A stretch of DNA of 59,137 bases from an uncultured Clostridia bacterium (GCA_937875545.1 CALLYE010000122.1:1-59137), one strand, 5' to 3'. Positions 46,021 to 59,084 are shown, numbered from the stretch's first letter. The notes: generated by a model from the letters alone, not told the origin. Made by a program: numbers and translations.

Positions 46021-48216
46021 ATGAAAGCAAATATTCAAAGATATAATAAGTCAGAAAAGATAAAAGCAGATCAATATATAAAAAGTCCGATAAAGCTAAC
46101 GATTTCTTTGCTGGTGTCAAACAATATAAAAACGATACGCAAGTGTCTGGATTCTATAAAACCTTTGCTTGATGGACTTCCTTCCGAGCTTATAATCGTA
46201 GACACTGTCGGAGAAGAAAATTCCGACGGTTCTTTAGCTATAGCAAGGGAATATACAGATAAAATCGTGCGTTTCGAGTGGTGCAACGATTTTGCCGCGG
46301 CGAGGAACGCCGGGCTTAAATTAGCAAAAGGCGAATGGTTTTTGTTTCTTGACGATGACGAATGGTTTGAAGATGCTACACCTATAATAAATTTTTTAAA
46401 TAATGACGACGGGACATATAATTCATGTTATTACCGCGTTAGGAATTATAAAAATTATAAAGATGATGATTATAAAGATATATATGTATCGCGTTTTGCA
46501 CGTTTGACTCCTGATACCATTTTTATAGATAAAATACATGAACATTTTAATAAATCGTATACCCCGTTTTATAATTTAGATTGTTATGCACATCATTACG
46601 GCTATGTGTTCCTAAACCATGAAACAAAAATGGCAAAAAGCCGGCGTAATATTATCCCTTTGCTTGAAATACTGGATGAAAATCCACGGCATTTAAGGGC
46701 GATAGCTCAACTTTTGCAAGAATATAGATTTATTAAAGAATTCAAAAAGGAAAGAGAACTTAACGAAAAAGCTTTGTCTTTCGCTTTTGATGAGCCATCC
46801 GGTTACGCAAACAGCATCGCATTAAATTATCTGCAAATACTTTATAGAGATAATGAAATTGATGCTTTAAAAAATTATGCGGATGAATTTTTAAATAAAC
46901 CTACGTTGGGCGAATTGGGCAGAGCGGCGATATATCATTTTTTAATTAAAATAGGTTCGCCGATCTTTAAAAGCGAAAAAATACTCGAATATGCTGACGA
47001 ATTTTTTTATAACACGAATATATTGGATAAAGACCCGGACAAATTCGCCGTGCAGAATTCTCTTTCATTGGAAGAATGCCAGGAAGATACAAGCCGCGCT
47101 TTTATACTCATCGCCGCAATAAATTCCTGTGAAAACCTTAAATCTTATGATAAGATGTTTAAATACATAAAACAAGCGGTCGATTTTGGTGATAAATTTG
47201 GGGAATTGTTTATTCCGCATATGGGCGTCATTGTGAGGTGCGTGCTTTCCGCTGATAAATTCAACGACTATTGCGATGTCATAAATCCCTTGTTTGAAAA
47301 AGAAAATATACTGACGGCTTTTATCAACACAACAACACAATTGTTAACCCAAGGTGAATATTTATCGAAAAAGTGGGACTGTATAAAAAAGATGGCAGCC
47401 CTGCCATCCTCGCACCCGCTTGTCACGGCGCAAAAATTATTGTTGGCAGAGCATGAAAGAAAAAACGAAGAACGTACTGTTTTATTAGAAGAATATGCGA
47501 AGTCGGAAATTGCGGAATATAACGCCGCTGATTTAATGCTTCTTTGTTACCGCAATAAGATAAGTCCCAAACCGCTTGCCGGGAAGATATACGCGGAAAC
47601 ATGGGAAGCGACGGTTAATAATATTTTATCAGAGTTAGAGATTGATGAATATGACGATTTTGCGGAATTTTTAGTACAGAATTATTTCGAAGAAAATTCC
47701 CCTGATTATTATTTTTTGTTTACGGTAATAAAATTTTATAAATTAAAGGAATCCATAAAAAATTCTAATTCAAAAGAATATTCGGATGAATTGTTTTACG
47801 TTCACTTAAAAGAGTTTTCTGAAACAAATTACAGTTATTACAGCGCGATAGAAAATCCCGCGAATTTTACACCCGAAAAATGTATTTATCTTAAAAAGTT
47901 CGCAAGATCGGCGTTTTTCCTGAAACAGGCTCTCGATAATAAAGAACAAGGCAAGCAGGCATTATTTTTGCGTAATTTACGCTATGCAATGAATTGCAAC
48001 GAATCGTTGAAAGCTGTGGTTGAACATATATTTAAAAAAGAAAAAGCCGCAGTGGATGAGATGACAATTCTCGGTGATAAAATTAAAAATGTTGTCCGAA
48101 TGCTGTTGCAAAAAAAAGATTATGTTCAGGCAAAAACAGTCCTCGACAGCTTGAAAGAAATAACGCCGGACGACTGTGAAGTAGATGAATTATACGAAAA
48201 GCTGCCGAAAAATTAA
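46021..48216 (+). CDS. Family-2 glycosyltransferase with a long C-terminal helical/TPR-like domain (candidate flagellin glycosyltransferase)
   Basis: 731 aa. The N-terminal ~130 aa is GT2-like (ISLLVSNN..., ELIIVDT, FAAARNAGLKLAKGEWFLFLDDDEWF with DxD). The remainder is helical-repeat-like. GC is about 25-35% against about 50% in the flanking genes. Confidence 0.75.
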   Translation: MKANIQRYNKSEKIKADQYIKSPIKLTISLLVSNNIKTIRKCLDSIKPLLDGLPSELIIVDTVGEENSDGSLAIAREYTDKIVRFEWCNDFAAARNAGLKLAKGEWFLFLDDDEWFEDATPIINFLNNDDGTYNSCYYRVRNYKNYKDDDYKDIYVSRFARLTPDTIFIDKIHEHFNKSYTPFYNLDCYAHHYGYVFLNHETKMAKSRRNIIPLLEILDENPRHLRAIAQLLQEYRFIKEFKKERELNEKALSFAFDEPSGYANSIALNYLQILYRDNEIDALKNYADEFLNKPTLGELGRAAIYHFLIKIGSPIFKSEKILEYADEFFYNTNILDKDPDKFAVQNSLSLEECQEDTSRAFILIAAINSCENLKSYDKMFKYIKQAVDFGDKFGELFIPHMGVIVRCVLSADKFNDYCDVINPLFEKENILTAFINTTTQLLTQGEYLSKKWDCIKKMAALPSSHPLVTAQKLLLAEHERKNEERTVLLEEYAKSEIAEYNAADLMLLCYRNKISPKPLAGKIYAETWEATVNNILSELEIDEYDDFAEFLVQNYFEENSPDYYFLFTVIKFYKLKESIKNSNSKEYSDELFYVHLKEFSETNYSYYSAIENPANFTPEKCIYLKKFARSAFFLKQALDNKEQGKQALFLRNLRYAMNCNESLKAVVEHIFKKEKAAVDEMTILGDKIKNVVRMLLQKKDYVQAKTVLDSLKEITPDDCEVDELYEKLPKN

Positions 48217-48252
48217 TGTATTCAAAAGTTAAGGGAAAGTATACATACATCC

Positions 48253-48279
48253 TTAATTTTTGTAAGAATTAACCGATAT
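48253..48279 (+). promoter_or_regulatory. Sigma-28-type promoter upstream of fliD
   Basis: cTTAA (48253-48256), 15-nt spacer, aCCGATAT (48272-48279). Confidence 0.65.
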
Positions 48280-48363
48280 AATATAGAAGATAGCAAATTT
48301 AGAAAATCAACCATGTTCCGGAGTTCCTTCACCGGTATTGTGTTTTTGGTAAAGGGGTAAATC

Positions 48364-49992
48364 ATGGCGACTATCAGCGGAAATTACAGTAATTTTAATG
48401 GTATCTCGGGCATGGCTTCGGGCATGGATACCGAGAGCGTCGTTAAAAAACTTATGACCGCCAGCACAGAGCGGATTAATAAAGTTCAGCGTCAAAAACA
48501 ACTGCTGGAATGGAAGCAGGCGGACTACCGCTCTATCGTGGGCAGTCTGACGACGTTTAAAAATAAATATTTTAGCACGACAAGCGGCATGTCCAGCGCG
48601 TTTTATGCCTCAAAGGCTGCCGCGCCCAAAAACGCGGCTGACGCGGAGTTTGCGAGTATCACCGTGCCGAATTCGGTCGCCGCAACTTCGATCACACTGT
48701 CAGATATAAAAATTGCGACGCAAACAACTATTAAATCAGCGGATAAAATTTTTGGCGGCGGCACAGAGCGTGTCGACCTCGGTAAATCTGTCGCGGATAA
48801 TAGTCTTTTGGACGAAAATTTCAGCGGCGATACAATTTCGTTTAAAATCAACGGCAAGGACTTTTCGTTCGGTAAAGACACCTCCGTCAACTCGATCATC
48901 AACGCGGTCAACCGCAGTGACGCCGGCGTTCGCGTCAGCTATTCGAGCATCACCGATAAATTTACGATGACATCGGTTAATACAGGCGCGGCAAGCGATA
49001 TTACATTGGAGGACGGAGACGGCGGTTTCCTCACAAAAGCGTTCGGCACGCTGACCGAAGGCGTGAACTATACCAAAGGTACGGACGCGAGCGTCATTAT
49101 CGACGGTGAGTTAATCGAAAAATCATCTAATATATTCGTTATCGACGGCATTACCTTCAATCTGAAAGCCGACCATGCGGACGAGATTAAAATGAACATC
49201 ACCAGCGACGTCGATAAAGCGGTCGCGAATATAAAAGGCTTTATCGATGATTATAACAGCCTGCTGGAAACATTATCAAAGAAAGTCAACGAGGAACGAT
49301 TCAGAGACTTCCAACCGCTGACTGACGATCAGAAAAAAGAGCTCAGCGAAAGCGATCGCAAACTGTGGGAAGAAAAATCGAAAAGCGGTCTGCTGAAAGG
49401 TGACGATAATCTGAATCGCATTCTCAACTCCATGCGCAATGCGATATATGCGCCGATTAAACAATTGTCGGACAACAGCCAAAACCTGCCCATGACCATG
49501 GCGAGCATCGGAATTCAAACGGAAAGCTACCTCGATGTTCTAAAAGCTGGGAAAGACGGATCTGTTCCCGGTAAACTGGTTATAGACGAGCAGAAACTGC
49601 GCGAAGCGCTGACAAACAATCCCGATGAAGTGGTGAACCTTTTCACACAAAAGTCGGATAAAATGTATCTGCCGACCAATACGGCGGATGTTATAAAAGA
49701 ACGGTACGACGAGTCGGGTATCATGTACCGGCTGTCCGATGTTTTAGACGATTACGCCCGCACTTCCCTGGGCGGCGGTCAACTTTTAAAAATCGCCGGC
49801 TATCCGGGCACTTCTACCGTCGTAGAGAATACTATCAGCCGCGCCCTCAGCGAATATGACCGCAAGCTCGATAGACTGCTTGACGCGTTCACGCGTGAAG
49901 AAAACCGGTATTTCAGCCAGTTCACCCGCATGGAAACATACATATCTCAAATGAATAACCAAAGCCAGTGGCTGCAAAGCAAAATGAATTAA
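48364..49992 (+). CDS. fliD: Flagellar filament cap protein FliD
   Basis: GISGMASGMDTESVVKKLM...QKQLLEWKQADY N-terminus and C-terminal FTRMETYISQMNNQSQWL. Confidence 0.93.
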   Translation: MATISGNYSNFNGISGMASGMDTESVVKKLMTASTERINKVQRQKQLLEWKQADYRSIVGSLTTFKNKYFSTTSGMSSAFYASKAAAPKNAADAEFASITVPNSVAATSITLSDIKIATQTTIKSADKIFGGGTERVDLGKSVADNSLLDENFSGDTISFKINGKDFSFGKDTSVNSIINAVNRSDAGVRVSYSSITDKFTMTSVNTGAASDITLEDGDGGFLTKAFGTLTEGVNYTKGTDASVIIDGELIEKSSNIFVIDGITFNLKADHADEIKMNITSDVDKAVANIKGFIDDYNSLLETLSKKVNEERFRDFQPLTDDQKKELSESDRKLWEEKSKSGLLKGDDNLNRILNSMRNAIYAPIKQLSDNSQNLPMTMASIGIQTESYLDVLKAGKDGSVPGKLVIDEQKLREALTNNPDEVVNLFTQKSDKMYLPTNTADVIKERYDESGIMYRLSDVLDDYARTSLGGGQLLKIAGYPGTSTVVENTISRALSEYDRKLDRLLDAFTREENRYFSQFTRMETYISQMNNQSQWLQSKMN

Positions 49993-50010
49993 ACGGGGGA
50001 GGGATTAGTT

Positions 50011-50382
50011 ATGAATAAAAACGCTTCTTTAAAATATATTGAACAGGGAAGCATGACGGCTACTCCCGGCGAGCTTTTGATGCTGCTGCTGAACGCGGAG
50101 ATAAAAAATATACGCGTCGCTATACTCCGTATACACGATAAAAAATTAGAAGAAGCACATAATTGTCTGGTTAAAGCGCAGGATATTATGAATGAGCTGA
50201 TTTTAAGTCTTGACGATTCTTTCGCTTTATCAAAAGAGTTGACAGCGCTGTATACTTTTATCCGCGACGAGCTGGTTGCCGCGAATATTAAGAAGGACGC
50301 GGCAAAACTTGAGGCGCTTATCCCGGTTGTCACACAACTGCGCGATACATGGGAAGAAGCAAAAAAAATTGCGAAGGCATAA
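50011..50382 (+). CDS. fliS: Flagellin-specific export chaperone FliS
   Basis: 123 aa. TATPGELLMLLLNAEIKNI and LYTFIRDELVAANIKKD motifs. Confidence 0.9.
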   Translation: MNKNASLKYIEQGSMTATPGELLMLLLNAEIKNIRVAILRIHDKKLEEAHNCLVKAQDIMNELILSLDDSFALSKELTALYTFIRDELVAANIKKDAAKLEALIPVVTQLRDTWEEAKKIAKA

Positions 50383-50423
50383 CGCTATAATCGGCGTATT
50401 ATTGGTAGATGGGAGAGTTTGCG

Positions 50424-50735
50424 ATGGTTTCCGAATCGGTAAATCAAATATTGGCAGCCGAAAAGCAAGCGGAGGAAAAAATCCGCGCGACACATAAACA
50501 AGCGGAGGCTATTATTGCCGATGCCAACTTGAAAGCGGAGTCGATTCTGAAAGACGGGCGCACCGAAACTGAGGCGCGGATACGTATTATCGGAGAAGAA
50601 AAGCTTTCATGCCTACGAGATATTGCCGCGAAGGGCGAAGCGCTTTGCAGGGAGCGGGAACTCAGCATCAAGCAGCGCGCGTCGGATAAAATACAAGCAG
50701 CCGTGAAAACGGTCATGGCGGGAATAATCAATTAA
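50424..50735 (+). CDS. ntpF: V-type ATPase small peripheral-stalk subunit (subunit G homolog; E. hirae NtpF position)
   Basis: ATG 50424 sits 6 nt after GGGAGAG. About 103-aa charged helix (ILAAEKQAEEKIRATHKQAEAIIADA). First gene of the ntp cluster. Confidence 0.75.
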   Translation: MVSESVNQILAAEKQAEEKIRATHKQAEAIIADANLKAESILKDGRTETEARIRIIGEEKLSCLRDIAAKGEALCRERELSIKQRASDKIQAAVKTVMAGIIN

Positions 50736-50794
50736 AAAATCAAGGCGTTTTGTTGCGCCCATAGAAAGGCGGTGAGATTCTGGCAAAACTCACG

Positions 50795-53244
<2,450 letters not shown>

Positions 53245-53254
53245 TATCATTGCC

Positions 53255-53857
53255 ATGACGGGACTTGAGAAAATAATTAAAAAAATAGAGTCGGATTGCG
53301 AAACGGAATGTACCGCCATCTTCGGCGCAGCCGAAAAAGAAGCGGAAGCAATCCTTGACAGAGCGCGCGCAGATGCAGAAAAAGCACGTGAAGATAATGT
53401 AAAACGCGCTCTGTCGGAGCTTGAGAGCGCGAAGGCTCTGGCGCTCTCAAAAAACGAAACCGACGTTAAAAACGCCGCGCTTTCGGCGAAAAATTTTGTT
53501 GTGGGTCAGGTTACGGAAACCGCGTTGCAAAATTTAAAAAATCTGCCCGATGATGAATACTTCGCCGCCGTTAAATCGCTTATCGTAAAAAATAAAAGGC
53601 AAGGCGATGGGGTATTACGCTTGTCGGCGCGTGATTTGAATCGTGTGCCGCGTAACTTTGAAGCTGAAATAAAACATCTTGCGGGCGACGGCTGTAAAAT
53701 CAAATTAAGTAAAGAACCCGCTGATATAGACGGTGGTTTTGTGCTTGTATACGGCGACATCGAGCAGAATTGTTCTTTTGACGCTCTGGCTGAAGCTGCC
53801 TCTGACAATATCAAGGACGCTCTTTATAAGGAGCTGTTCGGAGATGACGGCGTATGA
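53255..53857 (+). CDS. ntpE: V-type ATPase subunit E
   Basis: 200 aa. N-terminal charged helix plus a C-terminal globular domain (DGGFVLVYGDIEQNCSF). Confidence 0.88.
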   Translation: MTGLEKIIKKIESDCETECTAIFGAAEKEAEAILDRARADAEKAREDNVKRALSELESAKALALSKNETDVKNAALSAKNFVVGQVTETALQNLKNLPDDEYFAAVKSLIVKNKRQGDGVLRLSARDLNRVPRNFEAEIKHLAGDGCKIKLSKEPADIDGGFVLVYGDIEQNCSFDALAEAASDNIKDALYKELFGDDGV

Positions 53858-54819
53858 AGGATGTCAGATATACCTATACTGTCGCAAGAATAAGAGCTGT
53901 CGAAACAGAGCTTCTTAACACTCAGGATATTGAGCGGCTCATTACGGCGTCCGATTATGAACAGGCGGTGCGGCTGCTGCGGGAGCGGGGATTTATCGGT
54001 GAAAATAACGCCGATTTACAAAAGGCGTTAGATGCGCATATCGACAACGCCCGGCAATTATTATGTGAATCATCATCCGACGCGCGGCTGCTTGATTTTT
54101 TGATCGCTAAAAATGATTTTCATAATTTAAAAGCCGCTTTAAAGGGTCTTGTTTCCCACGACCACAGAGCGGACGTTTTTATAACGCCGGCAATAACCGA
54201 TCCGGATGCGGTCGCGTCCGCTGTTTATGATAAAAAATTCGACGAGCTGCCGGAGTTCCTCCGCGAGCCTGCCGAAAAGGCGTATGAAGTGCTATCCCGA
54301 ACCATGGACGGTCAACTGAGCGATGTTATGCTTGACGCCATGGCGCTGGACGATATGCGCGTCCGAGCGGAAGAAACCGATAATAAATGTATTGTCAAGC
54401 TGACAGAATTTATAATCGCGACGACCGCAATTAAAATAGCGCTGCGCGCGTCGAAAACCGGCAAGGACGAAATGTTTTTACAAATGTCTTTGTCGGAAAC
54501 AACGCCAAATCGAAATGCGTTAATACAGGCAGCCCTGAAAGGCTTTGAGGAGCTGCTCTCTTTTCTTGAAGCAACCGGATATAAAGAAGCGGCGGACTGT
54601 ATACGACTGTCCTCCACAGCCTTTGAAAAGTGGTGCGACGACAATATAATGTCACAGGTTGAAAGCGCCAAATATAAAATCAACGGACCGGAACCGCTTA
54701 TTGCGTATTTTATCGCGAAGGAAGCAGAGATAAAGACGATGCGGATTGTATTAGCCGGTAAACATAACAATCTGCCGGCTGAAATGATCAGGGAAAGGGT
54801 GCGCAAATTATATGTATAA
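53854..54819 (+). CDS. ntpC: V-type ATPase subunit C (d-subunit homolog)
   Basis: 321 aa. YTYTVARIRAVETELL start. Overlaps the ntpE stop. Confidence 0.88.
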   Translation: MKDVRYTYTVARIRAVETELLNTQDIERLITASDYEQAVRLLRERGFIGENNADLQKALDAHIDNARQLLCESSSDARLLDFLIAKNDFHNLKAALKGLVSHDHRADVFITPAITDPDAVASAVYDKKFDELPEFLREPAEKAYEVLSRTMDGQLSDVMLDAMALDDMRVRAEETDNKCIVKLTEFIIATTAIKIALRASKTGKDEMFLQMSLSETTPNRNALIQAALKGFEELLSFLEATGYKEAADCIRLSSTAFEKWCDDNIMSQVESAKYKINGPEPLIAYFIAKEAEIKTMRIVLAGKHNNLPAEMIRERVRKLYV

Positions 54820-55123
54820 AACGGCGGTGTTGGGTGACAGGGACAGTATCAGCGGATTTGCCGCTTTAGGCCTTGAGATTCATCCCGCGGATGATACAGC
54901 GAAAGCGGCGGAAATTTTTAAAAAACTTACCGCCGGAGAATATGCTGTTGTTTTTATAACGGAGTCATTGGCGGAAGAACTGGCTGCGGACATTGAACGT
55001 TGCATGGAAAAAACCCTGCCTTCGATCGTGTTGATCCCGGGGATCACCGGCAATACGGGAGCGGGAGCGCGGAATGTCGGCAAAACGGTAGAAAAAGCAG
55101 TCGGATCCGATATCATTAATTAA
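54812..55123 (+). CDS. ntpG: V-type ATPase subunit F (E. hirae NtpG position)
   Basis: 103 aa. [20 protein letters not shown] start. Confidence 0.88.
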   Translation: MYKTAVLGDRDSISGFAALGLEIHPADDTAKAAEIFKKLTAGEYAVVFITESLAEELAADIERCMEKTLPSIVLIPGITGNTGAGARNVGKTVEKAVGSDIIN

Positions 55124-55139
55124 AGATGAGGTAATTAGA

Positions 55140-56906
55140 GTGGGTGAGGGTTCCATTATAAAAGTTTCTGGACCGTTAGTGGTTGCACAGGGTATGCGTG
55201 ACGCCGCTATGTACGACGTTGTGCGCGTGGGCAAGCGTCGTTTGATCGGCGAGATTATCGAAATGCGCGGAGACAAGGCATCCATTCAGGTCTATGAAGA
55301 AACCTCGGGTCTGATCGTCGGCGAACCGGTTGTGTCGGAAGGCATACCGATAAGCGCCGAGCTTGGTCCGGGGCTTATCGGCAGCATTTTTGACGGTATC
55401 GGACGTCCTCTGGAAGATATTCATAAAATTGCAGGCAATAACCTGATCAGAGGTATTGACGTCCCATCGCTGAAAAGAGATGTAAAATGGGCTTTTGAGC
55501 CTGCCTGCGCCGTTGGCGACGAAGTCGGCGAGGGCGATGTGATCGGCACTGTAAAAGAAACGGAAGTAGTTATCCATAAAATCATGGTTCCGCCCGGTGT
55601 CAAAGGGAAAATCACGCATATAGAAAAAGGGGAGTTCACCGTTATCGACAGGGTCGCGTCTGTGGAAACGGGTAAAGGTGAAACCTTTATTACGCTTATG
55701 CAAAAATGGCCTGTCCGCAAAGAACGGCCGTACCATAAAAAACTGACGCCAAACGAACCCCTCACAACCGGTCAAAGATCGATTGACTGCCTGTTCCCCA
55801 TCGCAAAGGGCGGCGTGGCAGCCATACCCGGTCCTTTTGGAAGCGGTAAAACTGTCACCCAGCACCAGCTTGCCAAATGGTCTGCGGCTGACATTGTGGT
55901 GTATATCGGTTGCGGTGAGCGCGGAAATGAAATGACCGATGTACTTATGGAATTTCCGGAGCTGATAGATCCTCATACAGGGCAATCGCTGATGAAAAGA
56001 ACAGTCCTGATTGCCAATACCTCCGATATGCCCGTCGCGGCGCGTGAGGCGTCCATTTATACGGGCATCACAATAGCCGAATATTTCCGTGACATGGGAT
56101 ATTCCGTGGCCTTGATGGCGGACTCCACTTCACGCTGGGCGGAAGCGCTGCGCGAGATGTCGGGACGCCTGGAAGAAATGCCCGGCGACGAAGGTTATCC
56201 GGCGTATTTGGGAAGCCGTCTCGCACAATTTTATGAAAGAGCGGGAAGGGTTATCTGTCTGGGGTCTGAAGGAAGAGAGGGGACCCTGTCGGTTATCGGC
56301 GCGGTTTCCCCGCCCGGCGGTGATATTTCAGAGCCGGTTTCACAGTCGACCCTGAGAATTGTAAAAGTATTCTGGTGCCTTGACGCCAATTTAGCGTATA
56401 AACGCCATTTCCCGGCTATTAACTGGCTGACAAGCTATTCCCTTTATGCCGAACCGCTTGCGAAATGGTATGAAGAACATGTGTCTCCCGATTGGACGCG
56501 CCTTCGTTCACGCATGATAAAACTGCTTCAGGAAGAAGCAGAGCTTGAAGAAATGGTGAAATTGATCGGAATGGACGCGCTTTCGGCGGAGGATCGCCTT
56601 AAAATGGAGGTCGCTCGTTCCGTAAGAGAAGATTTCCTGCTTCAGGAAGTTTTCCATGAAGTAGACACCTATGCCAGCCTGCAAAAACAATTGTGTATAC
56701 TCAGAATGATATTCGCGTTTTATGATCAGGCGTCAGAGGTACTTTCGTCCGGCGGTCAGATTGAAGAAATCGCGGCTCTTCCGGTGAGAGAAAATATAGG
56801 ACGCTTTAAATATATCCCGGAAAACCAGATGTCTGAAGAATATGATAGAATCATGGAAACGCTTCACAAACAAATGCGGGATATCGCAGCGAAGGAGGAA
56901 TACTGA
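55140..56906 (+). CDS. ntpA: V-type ATPase catalytic subunit A
   Basis: 588 aa, GTG start. Walker A GPFGSGKT and the non-homologous insert typical of A subunits. Confidence 0.95.
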   Translation: MGEGSIIKVSGPLVVAQGMRDAAMYDVVRVGKRRLIGEIIEMRGDKASIQVYEETSGLIVGEPVVSEGIPISAELGPGLIGSIFDGIGRPLEDIHKIAGNNLIRGIDVPSLKRDVKWAFEPACAVGDEVGEGDVIGTVKETEVVIHKIMVPPGVKGKITHIEKGEFTVIDRVASVETGKGETFITLMQKWPVRKERPYHKKLTPNEPLTTGQRSIDCLFPIAKGGVAAIPGPFGSGKTVTQHQLAKWSAADIVVYIGCGERGNEMTDVLMEFPELIDPHTGQSLMKRTVLIANTSDMPVAAREASIYTGITIAEYFRDMGYSVALMADSTSRWAEALREMSGRLEEMPGDEGYPAYLGSRLAQFYERAGRVICLGSEGREGTLSVIGAVSPPGGDISEPVSQSTLRIVKVFWCLDANLAYKRHFPAINWLTSYSLYAEPLAKWYEEHVSPDWTRLRSRMIKLLQEEAELEEMVKLIGMDALSAEDRLKMEVARSVREDFLLQEVFHEVDTYASLQKQLCILRMIFAFYDQASEVLSSGGQIEEIAALPVRENIGRFKYIPENQMSEEYDRIMETLHKQMRDIAAKEEY

Positions 56907-58279
56907 TGCCGCTGGAATACAGAACCATACAAGAAGTTGCAGGTCCTCTGATGCTTGTGCGGGATGTACATGACGTTGCTTATAATGAGCTTGGTGAAAT
57001 CGAGCTGGAGAACGGCGAGAAAAGACGCTGCCGCGTGCTGGAGATAAACGGCATTAACGCGCTGGTGCAGTTGTTCGAAAATTCGGTGGGCATAAACTTG
57101 TCTAACAGCAAGATACGCTTTTTAGGCAGACAGATGGAGCTGGGCGTATCGCCGGATATGACGGGTCGCGTATTTGACGGACTGGGACGCCCTATAGATA
57201 ATGGTCCGGAGTTGATACCAGAAAAACGAATGGACATTAACGGTCTGCCCATTAACCCTGTGGCGAGAAACTATCCCAGAGAATTCATCCAGACGGGCAT
57301 CTCGGCTATTGATGGCCTTAATACGCTTGTAAGAGGGCAAAAACTGCCGATATTCTCCGCAAGCGGACTGCCGCACGCCCAACTCGCCGCGCAGATCGCA
57401 AGGCAGGCCAAAGTGCGTGGAACCGACGAGCCTTTTGCCGTCGTGTTTGCCGCCATGGGTATAACGTTTGAAGAAGCGGACTTTTTTATACAAAGTTTCC
57501 GTGAAACGGGAGCGCTCAGCCGCACTGTTTTATATATTAACCTTGCCAACGATCCTCCTATTGAGCGAATTGCCACGCCGCGCATCGCGCTGACCGCCGC
57601 CGAATACCTGGCATTTGAAAGAGGAATGCACGTCCTTGTCATTTTAACCGATATTACCAACTACGCGGACTCGCTGCGTGAAGTGTCGGCGGCGCGTAAA
57701 GAAGTTCCGGGCAGACGCGGTTATCCCGGATATATGTATACTGACTTGGCTTCGTTGTATGAAAGAGCGGGCAGGCAAAAGGGGAAAAGCGGCAGCATCA
57801 CGATGATTCCGATTTTATCCATGCCGGAAGATGATAAGACACACCCGATCCCCGATTTAACCGGATATATAACCGAAGGGCAGATTATCCTGAGCCGTGA
57901 ATTATATCGTCGCGGGATAACGCCGCCTATCGATGTTTTGCCGTCGCTGTCGCGTTTGAAAGACAAAGGCATCGGAGAAGGTAAAACAAGGGAAGATCAC
58001 GCAAACACGATGAACCAGTTGTTTTCCGCATATGCGAGAGGCAAGGACTGCAAAGAGCTGATGGTTATCCTCGGCGAGTCCGCGCTGACCGAAACCGATA
58101 AAATATACGCGGCGTTTGCGGACGAATTTGAAGCACAGTATGTATCACAAGGTTATAACGTAGACAGAAGCATAGAGGAAACCCTTGATCTCGGCTGGCG
58201 GCTTTTGAAAATGCTCCCGAGAACAGAATTAAAACGCATAAACAACGAGCTGTTGGAAAAGTATTACGACGCAAATTGA
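56906..58279 (+). CDS. ntpB: V-type ATPase subunit B
   Basis: 457 aa. [14 protein letters not shown] start and [17 protein letters not shown] motif. Confidence 0.95.
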   Translation: MPLEYRTIQEVAGPLMLVRDVHDVAYNELGEIELENGEKRRCRVLEINGINALVQLFENSVGINLSNSKIRFLGRQMELGVSPDMTGRVFDGLGRPIDNGPELIPEKRMDINGLPINPVARNYPREFIQTGISAIDGLNTLVRGQKLPIFSASGLPHAQLAAQIARQAKVRGTDEPFAVVFAAMGITFEEADFFIQSFRETGALSRTVLYINLANDPPIERIATPRIALTAAEYLAFERGMHVLVILTDITNYADSLREVSAARKEVPGRRGYPGYMYTDLASLYERAGRQKGKSGSITMIPILSMPEDDKTHPIPDLTGYITEGQIILSRELYRRGITPPIDVLPSLSRLKDKGIGEGKTREDHANTMNQLFSAYARGKDCKELMVILGESALTETDKIYAAFADEFEAQYVSQGYNVDRSIEETLDLGWRLLKMLPRTELKRINNELLEKYYDAN

Positions 58280-58322
58280 CTGCAAGTGAAAAGCATGTCT
58301 CCTCGGAAGGTCAGGTGTAAAT

Positions 58323-58991
58323 TTGTCTGTTATAAATGTAAACCCCACAAGGATGGAGCTGAGCAAGCTGAAAAAAAGGCTTGTTTCAGCCGTGCGCGGG
58401 CATAAACTGCTTAAAGATAAGCAGGATGAGCTGATGCGTCAGTTCCTGATATTGATACGGGATAACAAAAGCCTGCGCAAAAAGACGGAAGAAGCCATTA
58501 TGCAGGCAAACGCCCACATGGCTGTAGCGGGAAGCGTCATGCGGGACGAGGTTATGCGTCAGGCGCTGATGCTGCCTAAACAGGAGCTGCGTTTGGATGT
58601 TACGCAAAAAAATGTGATGGGCGTGACTATTCCGGTTTTTAATACAGAATATAAAACAAATGACACAAGCGACATCTATTCATACGGCTACGCGTTTACG
58701 TCAAGCGAGCTTGACGACGCGGTGACGCTTCTGGCGGAAGTACTGCCCATGATGCTGCGGCTTGCTGAAATTGAAAAATCATGTCAGCTTATTGCGTCAG
58801 AAATCCAAAAAACCCGCCGAAGGGTCAACGCTTTGGAACACATTATGATCCCGCGATATCGGCAGACAATCAAATATATCACCATGAAGCTTGATGAAAA
58901 CGAACGCAGCGCTACGATAAGGCTGATGAAGGTCAAGGACATGATGATAAAACAGCAGATAGAGTTAGCACAGGCAAAAAAAGAGGAATAA
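58323..58991 (+). CDS. ntpD: V-type ATPase central-stalk subunit D
   Basis: 222 aa. NVNPTRMELSKLKKRL start and long coiled-coil helices. Confidence 0.9.
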   Translation: MSVINVNPTRMELSKLKKRLVSAVRGHKLLKDKQDELMRQFLILIRDNKSLRKKTEEAIMQANAHMAVAGSVMRDEVMRQALMLPKQELRLDVTQKNVMGVTIPVFNTEYKTNDTSDIYSYGYAFTSSELDDAVTLLAEVLPMMLRLAEIEKSCQLIASEIQKTRRRVNALEHIMIPRYRQTIKYITMKLDENERSATIRLMKVKDMMIKQQIELAQAKKEE

Positions 58992-58999
58992 TACAAAAA

Positions 59000-59032
59000 A
59001 GAGAGGAAGCTTCAAAATGAAGCTTCCTCTCT
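59000..59032. terminator. Perfect 15-bp hairpin after ntpD; the U-tract is present only for the minus strand
   Basis: agagaggaagcttca-aaa-tgaagcttcctctct. A6 precedes it on the plus strand, and no T run follows. Confidence 0.6.
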
Positions 59033-59084
59033 ACTTAAATTAGATTATAAACCCGGTAAAAATCCGCGTCAAAGCTTAAATATA
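59033..59084. repeat. Half copy (copy C) of the palindromic repeat, inverted relative to A and B
   Basis: The reverse complement agcTTTGACGcggatttttaccgggttTATAATctaatttaagt matches the right arm of copies A and B. Similarity ends after the element centre. Confidence 0.75.
59044..59072 (-). promoter_or_regulatory. Sigma-70-type promoter in repeat copy C, firing leftwards
   Basis: Minus strand TTGACG (59067-59072), 17-nt spacer, TATAAT (59044-59049). Confidence 0.45.

Noticed and set aside
55176-55985. Long antisense ORFs: 269 aa opposite ntpA; also 52801-53319 opposite ntpK/ntpE, 19749-20369 opposite fliG, and 199-741 opposite nrdD.
   Set aside because: Each lies fully inside a strongly supported gene on the other strand. 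They have no RBS, show low-complexity or Arg/Ser-rich composition typical of frame-shadow ORFs, and have no recognisable motifs.
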